From the human T2T-CHM13v2.0 reference genome, Homo sapiens: a stretch of DNA of 64,000 nucleotides. Position numbers and translations under genes: made by a program. The notes under the pieces were generated by a model. The model saw nothing but the letters and a program-made list of their open reading frames with translations, made no database searches and was not told the origin of the DNA. Positions 54,417-64,000 of the stretch are shown here, in pieces (within the stretch, counting starts at the first letter, position 1; every line of letters begins with the position of its first letter). The stretch lies in the NCBI RefSeq assembly GCF_009914755.1, contig NC_060934.1. One strand, given 5' to 3'.

Positions 54417-55714
54417 TAGGGGAATAAATGGTTCTGCCAAAAACTCCTAAGTTCAAATATTCTCAGTTCAAGAAGATCACCAGACGGCTCTCCAAATTTC
54501 CAGAAACAACAATAATTGGCTGAGTGTGAGTTGGATTTTCACTTTTGGGCCAACCACAGTCATTATACAGATAAGTCGGAAAAAAAGGCAGTCTTCAAAA
54601 CAGGTGGTGGTGATATGGAGCGAGTGCTGGGTAGACAAGATAACCATTCTGCTCCACACATATTCTCGGATTAATCCTTCATCACAAACTTAAGAGGCTA
54701 AGAAATAATTTGCCCTCCATCACTCATTTTACCAGTAAATAGGGATGATATTTAAATCCTGAACTGAACTACTTCAAAACTCATGTTCTTAAGTACCACA
54801 CTATGTAACCAACTTTTAATTACATGGTGGTGAATGAAATGTTAGTGCCTTCACATGATGACATAAGTGAGTTTGGGGTTCAAGAAGGAATTATACATTA
54901 AGTCATCTCTGTTGAGACTATTTTAGGATAAAATCATCTATTATCCAAGCAGAAGAGTTTCCAAAATGGACTTTAAAAAATACAATAATTAGAATCTTCA
55001 GATCTACTGCAGGGAAGCACTCACCTGTCACAACAATTCTAAGTTTGAACACTGATATGAAAGGAATTAAGTTGTAGGCAATCAGAAAATTTCAAGAAAT
55101 GTTTATTTCTGACAAAGAACCAAGTAAAAATTATTATCTTGGTTTTGAGAGTATTTCTAAAAGCAAACATCACTGGGCAGAAGTTGAGGAAGACTTCCAG
55201 TATGTGAAACCACTTAGGGTTAGTCGTGAAGTGGAATCACTTCTCAAATATTATCAATGTAAATGTTTCTGCTTTACTGGTCAAAGAGACAAAGTTTGAA
55301 ATTTGAATGATTTTGATTTAGTCTATCTTACTATGTAAAATTTGTATTATATGTGGTAGAATCATGCTATGGCCATTAAGATATTCTTTGTATTATTAAA
55401 AATTACAGCAAGGAAATCAAGTAAAACAGTAATATCTTAAGTAATTTAGTAGATCAACTCGAAATAGTCCTACCCCCAAAGTGGGTTCTACAAACAAGAC
55501 AGTTATTTCTTTCTAATATCTAAGCCTTTTTCCAACTCCCAGTGCTAATAGATGATTTTTATCCTAAAATAATCTCAACAGAGATGACTTAAAAATCAAT
55601 CCCTGTTCCTCCCTGCCTTCCTCTCTGATCCTGTTCTCCCAAGTGTTTTCAGCCAGTTTCCAGAAGTGCAGGTCTACTACTTGGTGCTCTTTAACATCTT
55701 ACCATTTGACGAGG

Positions 55715-55850
55715 ACCTGTTCCATTGGTCCCTCCAGATCCACTCTGTCCTTCCTAATTCTGCTCTCTACTTGGAATGGCTAATTTCAGTTGGGTTTGGC
55801 CAATGGTGATACCCAGCAAGAAATCAGAGAGAAGGAGGATACTGGGATAA
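55715..55850 (+). mobile_element. LTR33-like (ERVL) fragment
   Basis: CCTCCAGATCCACTCT..CTGCTCT..GTTGGGTTTGGCCAATGG..CAGCAAGAAATCAGAG. Confidence 0.6.
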
Positions 55851-56559
55851 GATCTTTGTTGACTATGTTCTTCTGTATAGGCAGGGTGATAATGGTTGAC
55901 CTGTTCCCTTGGCGAAAACCTATGTAAGTTTCTTTGGGTCTTTTTTCTTGAACTGGTCAGATTTCCAAAAGAAAATTCAACCGATCTCTTCCTAACCAGG
56001 CAAACTTGGTTAAAATACAATATACATCAAGGAAGAGGGCTTGAGGGTCTTAACATTCCGTAAATAACCTTTGATTTAATTCTCCATTATTCAGCATGGT
56101 ACCTTATCTTTAGTGGTGTATGGAGTCCACCAGTCTAGAGATCCTCTGCTTTAACCTTTCTAGAGAATTAATACACCATTATATGTTGGCATGGGGAAGA
56201 GCAGCTGTATAGCTACAAGGTATGAAAATGGATAAATGAGGATTTTACTGCTTTTTAAATATTTTCAACCAATCTTTTTATGTTTAGCAACCCCCTCATT
56301 TCCACTTATAAAGGAACCCAGTGTTACAATTTCTTGAGCCTTCTGGTATATTTTGAGATGTCACTGTGTTGCCACTTTGTTTTTCCTACCAGATTAGAAT
56401 CCAGCTTTCTACATTTGCCAGTGGTTTCTATCTTCCCTTTTATTCTCTTTGTGAGTTTATGCCTTTTAAAAAAATCCCTTTATTTTCATTGTTCTGGGGT
56501 TTGAGAAGTGAGTAGAATAAAAGACTATTTTCAATCCACTGTCTTTAAATCTCCTTAAC

Positions 56560-56868
56560 TCTTACTCTCCTTCAGCCTACTGAAGATATAGCTTCTCTCC
56601 CCTACAACACTCAAATATTCCTTGCTGAGTTACTCATGACCTGTGTTGTCATATTCAAAACACAAGCCCAGTTTTCATTTTACTTCACACTTCAGCAGCA
56701 TTTGTTTATGTTCACCAGTTACCTTTGTAAGAATTTAGCTTCTGAATTTCAAGATACCATATTCTCCTGGTTTTCTCTATCTCTTTTGTTCCTTCCTTGT
56801 CAATATCCTCTGCAAGATATGCACATCAATGTTGGAGTCCCTCAAGGCTTGGTTCTAGGTCCTCTTTT
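56560..56868 (+). mobile_element. L2 fragment (resumes ~60625-60900 after the L1)
   Basis: CAGCAGCATTTG..TTCTCCTGGTTTTC..AATGTTGGAGT..CAAGGCTTGGTTCTAGGTCCTC; later ATCTCAAA..ATGTCTAAAACTGAACTC. Confidence 0.72.
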
Positions 56869-56869
56869 C

Positions 56870-59800
56870 TTTTCTTTTTTTTTTTAATTTGTGGCTCAAC
56901 GTTTAATTTTTTTATTGTTATTATACTTTAAGTTCTGGGGTACATGAGCAGAATGTGCAGTTTTGTTACATAGGTATACACATGCCATGGTGGTTTGCTG
57001 CACCCATCAACCCATCATTTACATTAGGTATTTCTCCTCATGCTATCCTCCCCTAGCCCCCCGCACCTCGACAGGCCCAGGTGTGTGATGTTCCCCTCCA
57101 TGTGTCCGTGTTAACCTTGTTCAACTCCCACTTATGAGTGAGAACATGTGGTGTTTGGTTTTTCTGTTCTTGTGATAGTTTGCTGACAATGATAGTTTCC
57201 AGCTTCATCCATGTCCCTGCAAAGAACATGAACTCATGCTTTGTTATGACTGCGTAGTATTCCGTGGTATATATGTGCCACATTTTCTTTATCCAGTCTA
57301 TCATTGATGGACATTTGGGTTGGTTCCAAGTCTTTGCTATTGTGAACAGTGCTGCAATAAACATACATGTGCATGGTCTTTATAGTAGAATGATTTGTAA
57401 TCCTTTGGGTATATGCCCAGTAATGAGATTGCTGGGTCAAATGGTATTTCTAGTTCTAGATCCTTGAGGAATCACCACACTGTCTTCCACAATGGTTGAA
57501 CTAATTTACAGTCCCACCAACAGTGTAAAAGCATTCCTATTTCTCCACATCCTCTTTAGCATCAGTTGTTTCCTGACTTTTTAATGATCTCCATTCTAAC
57601 TGGCATGAGATGGTATCTCATTGTGGTTTTGATTTGCATTTCTCTGATGACCAGTAATGATGAACATTTTTTCATAAGTTTGTTGGCTGTATAAATGTCT
57701 TCTTTTGAGATGTGTCTGTTCATATCCTTTGCCAACTTTTTGATGGTTTTTTCTTTTTCTTGTAAATTTGTTTAAGTTATTTGTAGATTCTGGATATTAG
57801 CCCTTTGTCAGACGGATAGATTGCAAAAAATTTCTCCCATTCTGTAGGTTGCCTGTTCACTCTGATGATAGTTTCTTTTGCATGTGGAAGAAAGCTCTTT
57901 AATTAGATACCATTTGTCAATTTTGCCTTTTGTTGCCATTGCTTTTGGTGTTTTGGACATGAAATCTTTGCCCATGCCTATGTCCTGAATTTTATTGCCT
58001 AGGTTTTCTTCTAGGATTTTTATGGTTTTAGGTCTTATGCTTAAGTCCTTAATCCACCTTGAGTTATTTTTTGTATAAGGTGTAAGGAAGGGGTCCAGTT
58101 TCAGTTTTCTGCATATGGCTAGCCAGTTTTTCCAATAGCATTTATTGAATAGGGAATCCTTTCCCCATTGCTTCTTTGTGTCAGGTTTGTCAAAGATCAG
58201 ATGGTTGTAGATGTGTGGTGTTTTTTCTGAGGCCCCTGTTCTGTTCCATTGGTCTATATAACTGTTTTGGTACCAGTACCATGCTGTTTTGGTTACTGTA
58301 GCCTTGTAAGATAGTTTGAAGTCAGGTAGCATGATGCCTTCAGCTTTGTTCTTTTTGCTTAGGATTGTCTTGGCTGTGTGGGCTCTTTTTGGGTTGCATA
58401 TGAAGTTTAAGGTAGTGTTTTCCAATTCCTTGAAGGAAGTCAGTGGTAGCTTGATGGGGATAGCATTGAATCTATAAATTACTTCGAGCACTATGGCCAT
58501 TTTCACAATATGGATTCTTCCTATCCATAAGCATGGAATGTTTTTCCATATGTTTGCGTCCTCCTTTATTTCCTTGAGCAGTGGTTTGTAGTTCTCCTTG
58601 AAGAGGTCCTTCACCTCCCTTGTAAGTTGTATTCCTAGGCTTTTATTCTCTTTGTAGTAATTGTGAATGGGAGTTCACTCATGATTTGGCTCTCTGTTTG
58701 TCTGTTCTTGGTGTTGTATAGGAATGCATGTGATTTTTGCACATTGATTTTGTATCCTAAGAGTTTGCTGAAGTTGCTTATCAGTTTAAGGAGATTTTGG
58801 GCTAAGACAATGGGGTTTTCTAAATATATATTCATGTCATCTGCAAACAGAGACAATTTGACTTCCTCTCTTCCTATTTGAATACGCTTTATTTCTTTCT
58901 CTTGCCTAATTGCCCTGGCCAGAACTTCCAACACTATGTTGAATAGGAGTGGTGAGAGAGGTCATCCTTGTCTTGTGCCGGTTTTCAAAGGGAATGCTTC
59001 CGGTTTTTGCCCATTCAGTATGATATTGGCTGTGGGTTTGTCATAAATAGCTCCTATTATTTTGAGATATGTTCCATAGATACCTAGTTTATTGAGAGTT
59101 TTTAGCATGAAGGGATGTTGAATTTTGTCAAAGGCCTTTTCTGCATCTATTGAGATAATCATGTGGTTTTTGTCATTGGTTCTGTTTATGTGATGGATTC
59201 CATTTATTGATTTGCATATGTTGAACCACCCTTGCCTCCCAGGTATGAAGCCAACTTGATTGTGGTACATAAGCTTTTTAATGTGCTACTGGATTCGGTT
59301 TGCCAGTATTTTATTGAGGATTTTCACATCGATGTTCATCAGGGGTATTGGCCTGAAATTTTCTCTTTTTGTTGTGTCTCTGTCAGGTTTTGGTAACAGG
59401 ATGATGCCGGCCTCATAAAATGAGTTAGGGAGGATCTCCTCTTTTTCTATTGATTGGAATAGTTTCAGAAGAAATGGTAGCAGCTCCTCCTTGTACCTCT
59501 GGTAGAATTCAGCTGTAATTCGGTCTCGTCCTAGACTTTTTAGGCTATTAATTACTGCCTCAATTTCAGAGCCTGTTATTGGTCTATTCAGGGATTCGAC
59601 TTCTTCCTGGTTTAAACTCGGGAGGGTGTATGTGTCCAGGAATTTATCCATTTCTTCTAGATTTTCTAGTTTATTTGCATAGAGGTGTTTATAGTATTCT
59701 CTGATGGTAGTTTGTATTTCTGTGGGATACCCCCTTTATCATTTTTTATTGCATCTATTTGATTCTTCTCTCTTTTCTTCTTTGTTATTCTGGCTATCGC

Positions 59801-60622
59801 TCTATCAATTTTGTTGATCTTTTCAAAAAATCAGCTCTTGCATTCATTGATTTTTTGAACGGTTGTTCATGTCTCTATCTCCTTCAGTTCTGCTCTGATA
59901 TTAGTTCTTTCTTGTCTTCTGCTGGTTTTTGAATTTGTTTGCTCTTGCTTCTCTAGTTCTTTCAATTGTGATGTTAGGGTGTCGATTTTAGATCTTTCCT
60001 GCTTTCTCCTGTGGTCATTTAGTGCTATAAATTTCCCTCTATACACTGCTTTAAGTGTGTCCCAGAGATTCTGGTACATTGTGTCTTTGTTCTCATTTGT
60101 TTCAAAAAACCTCATTATTTCTGCCTTCAGTTCGTTATGTACCCAGTGGTCATTCAGGGGCAGGTTGTTCAGTTTCCATGTAGTTGTGCAGTTTTGAGTG
60201 AGTTTCTTAATCCTGAGTTCTAATTTGATTGCACTTGATCTGAGAGACTGTTATGATTTCCATTCTTTTGCATTTGCTGAGGAGTGTTTTACTTCCAATT
60301 ATGTCGTCAATTTTAGAATAAGTGTGATGAGGTGCTGAGAAGAATGTATATTCTGTTGATTTGGGATGGACGGTTCCATAGATGTCTATTTGGTCCACTT
60401 GGTCCACAGCTGAGTTCAACTCCTGATTATCCTTGTTAATTTTCTGTCTCATTGATTTGTCTAATATTGACAGTGGGGGGTGTTAAAGTCTCCCACTACT
60501 ATTGTGTGGGAGTCTAAGTCTCTTTGTAGTCTGTAAGAATTTGTATTATGAGTGTTCATAACATTCATAAAGTGTTCATGGAACCCTTTACCATTATATA
60601 ATACCCTTCTTTATCTCTTTTC
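56870..60622 (-). mobile_element. 5'-truncated L1PA (about PA7): most of ORF2 plus 3' UTR, disrupted
   Basis: ORF-track fragments 57053-60452 are L1 ORF2p endonuclease/RT/C-terminal pieces ([43 protein letters not shown]) split by stops and frameshifts. Confidence 0.97.
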
Positions 60623-61745
60623 AACCCCAAATGCCCACTCAGCATCTCTATTTACATGTCAAAACCTTTAAAGGAATCTCAAAATTGGTATGTCTAAAAC
60701 TGAACTCAGGAGTCTCCTGCAACACACATAAAACACACACTATCTGGCCCAAATCATGGGTCTCTTCTGGCATTTTATATTTTTGTGAATGGCACCATCA
60801 TCCTTGTGGGTAGACCCATCAGGGGTCTTTCTCAACACCTCCCTTTCTCTCATCCCACATATCCAAGCATCTCCAACTTTTCTTGCTTTTACCTCTTATA
60901 TATCTATTGAATTATCACTTGGAGGACAGTTACTGTCTGCCCTGGAGAGTCACATGGCTCCACAGTGGATTTTTTGTGAACAATAAATATACCTTTGTTG
61001 TTACAAGAAATAAAATGTTGACATTGTGACTGCAGCACTATTTACCTCATCCTCACTAATACAATATATGTCATGGTTTGTAATTACACATTGCTTTGAG
61101 TTATTAACTTAATATATTCCTCTTTGACTAAATTATTAGCTCTAGTAGTGCAGAAATTGTGTCTATTTTCTATTTCCCCAGAACCTGGCACAGTCCTAGG
61201 ACAAAGAAAGTGCTCAGAGAGTATGTTAGATGAAAGAATGGGGAAATAAGACAATATGGAGCTAAATACTGTTGTTGATACAATTCTTCATAATTAGCTT
61301 GCATTAAGTGTTGGTAGAACAACTGAATAAATGAAGTAGATTTTGCTATTATTTATAACATTTTATCAATGGAAGCCTTAAAATATATAAATCTCCAATC
61401 TAAATCCAGGGACTAATGTTGGAAATGTGCTAGAAGCTTGGGCTTTATTTTCTGGGAACCAGTTTTTACTTACATAAGCAATCATCATCCATCCACATTT
61501 GGATGTAGCAGAGCTTCAATATCTGCTAGTTCTGGTGAAAAGTTCTTTGCTTATCCTCTCCTTGGGGCAAGGACCCTAGATCTGTGTTGAAATAAGGGGA
61601 CGTGAGGCAGTGGCTCTAAAATCACCTGGAGTGGCACCTGATTGATACAGTGTTGCTCCATCAATCCCTCCTAAGGAATATTCTCAAAGTTGGTGTCAGG
61701 ATAACATCCTCCTAAATGCAGCTGAGCTTCGCATCTCACTCTCTG

Positions 61746-61880
61746 TGAGTTAATGGGTGCATCAAACCAATATAGCACATGTATATATACGTAACAAACC
61801 TGCACGTTGTGCACATGTACCCTAGTACATAAAGTATAATAATAAAAGAAAATACATAAAAATAAAACTTAAAAAAAAGA
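61746..61880 (+). mobile_element. Very short L1PA 3' end
   Basis: GAGTTAATGGGTGCA..GTAACAAACCTGCACGTTGTGCACATGTACCCTAG..AAAGTATAATAATAAAA. Confidence 0.9.
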
Positions 61881-62841
61881 GTTGCTCTCAATGGATTTCC
61901 TGAACCTTTCATCTCTCTGTCTACTTTCCCTCTCATTCCCTAGAACTGGTCAAAAGACTTTCTGTTCTAACTCAGTCTTGGTTGTGATGGTCCATGTTCT
62001 CCCAATGTGACCGTCTTTGATTGACCTTCCTCTGTCCTTCTAAGAGTTTTCTGCCAATTTCCAGGTACTTATAAACATTCATGCGTACAACAGACACATT
62101 GCAATCTTGCTTACTTTCTAACCTGAATAGCCTATAAATCCATCCTTCAGAGACTGCAATGGATTTTTTTATTGTGTGTTCAAACCAGGAGGCTATTTTT
62201 AAACACAATTTACAAATTGGACTTTGGAAAATAAGGTGGACCAAATTCTAGCCTTTACAACGAATGCCTGAGAGTCCATCCCATTAAAGAGTTTTTAATT
62301 AAAAAGAACAACCCACAGGTGCCTTATTGTTCTAACATACAGGATCACTCAGCAGCCTCTGAAAGAAACAGAATAGTTCACTCCATGGTTAACATCTTCT
62401 AGATAAATTTAACCCTAGCTAACAGCTGGGCTGGCCATTACAGGCTAAGGTAATTTTGTTTGAAGTGCTACCAGCTCCTCACTTTCATGTTTAAGTCTCC
62501 CAGAATAGCACAGAGAAGAGTAATCATGGCCTCAATTCTTTTATTTCCTCCCAACACTATTTTAATGAGAATTTCAAAGAATGCCAGCTGACAATTTCCA
62601 CTGTAGGGAAAAAACCAGATGCAGAAATGCAAACAGGGAGAGGATGATTTTCCTCTGCACTACTCAACTGTGATCTTTATGAAGAGGCAAAGATTGACAC
62701 ACCTTTGTGGGCCCAGTACCAGCTAGAGTATATCAAACACAGTAGCCTTTCAACAAATGTTTGTTGAATAACATTTATACAAGATTTGGTAGTGCTTTCA
62801 ATTAATAAATAAATTAACAAATCTCAGAAAGAGAAACTCCC

Positions 62842-63180
62842 TGTATTAGTCTGTTCTCACATTGCTATAAAAAACTACCTGAGACTGAGTAATTTATGAA
62901 TAAAGGAGGTTTAATTGACTCACAGTTCTGCAAGCTGTACAGGAAGCATGGCTGGGGAGGCTTCAGGAAACTCACAATCATGGTAGAAGGTGAAGGGGAA
63001 GCAGGCACATCTTAAATTGACAGAAAAGGAAGAAGAGAGTGAAGGGGAATGTGCTACACAATTTTAAACAACCACGTCTCGTGAGAACTCACTATCAATG
63101 AGAACAGCAAGGGGGAAATCCACCCCCATGATCCAGTCACCACCCACCAGGCCCCTCTTCCAATACTGGGGATTACAATT
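62842..63180 (-). mobile_element. THE1D-like LTR interrupted by L1
   Basis: TGTATTAGTCTGTTCTCACATTGCTATAA..GGAAGCATGGCTGGGGAGG..; stops at GGGATTACAATT where L1 poly(T) begins. Confidence 0.9.
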
Positions 63181-64000
63181 TTTTTTATTATTATTATACT
63201 TTAAGTTTTAGGGTACATGGGCACAATGTGCAGGTTAGTTACATATGTATACATGTGCCATGCTGGTGTGCTGCGACCATTGACTCGTCATTTAGCATTA
63301 GGTATATCTCCTAATGCTATCCCTCCCCCTTCCTCCCACCTCACAACAGTCCCCAGAGTGTGATGTTCCCCTTCCTGTGTCCATGTGTTCTCATTGTTCA
63401 ATTCCCACCTATGAGTGAGAACATGCAGTGTTTGGTTTTTTGTCCTTGCGATAGTTTACTGAGAATGATGATTTCCAATTTCATCCATGTCCCTACAAAG
63501 GACATGAACTCATCATTTTTATGGCTGCATAGTATTCCATGATGTATATGTGCCACATTTTCTTAATCCAGTCTATCATTGTTGGACATTTGAGTTGGTT
63601 CCAAGTCTTTGCTATTGTGAATAGTGCCACAATAAACATATGTGTGCATGTGTCTTTATAGCAGCATGATTTACAGTCCTTTGGGCATATACCCAGTAAA
63701 GAGATGGCTGGGTCAAATGGTATTTCTAGTTCTAGATCCCTGAGGAATCGCCACACTGACTTCCACAATGGTTGAACTAGTTTACAGTCCCACCAACAGT
63801 GTAAAAGTGTTCCTATTTCTCCACATCCTCTCCAGCACCTGCTGTTTCCTGACTTTTTAATGATTGCCATTCTAACTGGCGTGAGATGGTATCTCATTGT
63901 GGTTTTGATTTGCATTTCTCTGATGGCCAGTGATGGTGAGCATTTTTTCATGTGTTTTTTGGCTGCATAAATGTCTTCTTTTGAGAAGTGTCTGTTCATG
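63179..64000 (-). mobile_element. Young L1PA (PA2-4-like) 3' end, continues beyond the window
   Basis: TTATACTTTAAGTTTTAGGGTACATG..GGTTAGTTACATATG..CAACAGTCCCCAGAGTGTG; ORF 63493-63999 is the ORF2p C-terminus. Confidence 0.96.

Overview
Primate (most likely human or other hominoid) nuclear DNA. It is AT-rich, CpG-poor and roughly half interspersed repeats: about 19 Alu elements or fragments, L1PA/L1M/HAL1, L2, MIR, MaLR/ERV solo LTRs and MER DNA transposons. No protein-coding exon could be assigned to a known gene; every long ORF is a retroelement remnant or a simple-repeat artefact. The best gene-like signal is a + strand cluster of splice sites and a TATA box at 5.3-6.0 kb, possibly alternative 5' exons of an unidentified gene or lncRNA. 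The most unusual property is a series of locally templated copy or inversion scars: an AT-rich nested palindrome with perfect 68-bp arms (22.5-23.5 kb), an Alu with an inverted 5' end (28.45-28.77 kb), a ~100-bp inverted copy (30.3/31.9 kb), a micro-inversion plus tandem duplication in an MLT1 LTR (35.2 kb), a ~296-bp copy pasted into an MLT1A LTR (45.9 to 48.2 kb), a 46-bp TTAA-bounded inverted repeat (54.9/55.6 kb) and a repeated filler at an L1 deletion (60.55 kb). Subfamily calls come from remembered consensus features and identities were counted by eye; both need RepeatMasker/Dfam and alignment to confirm.
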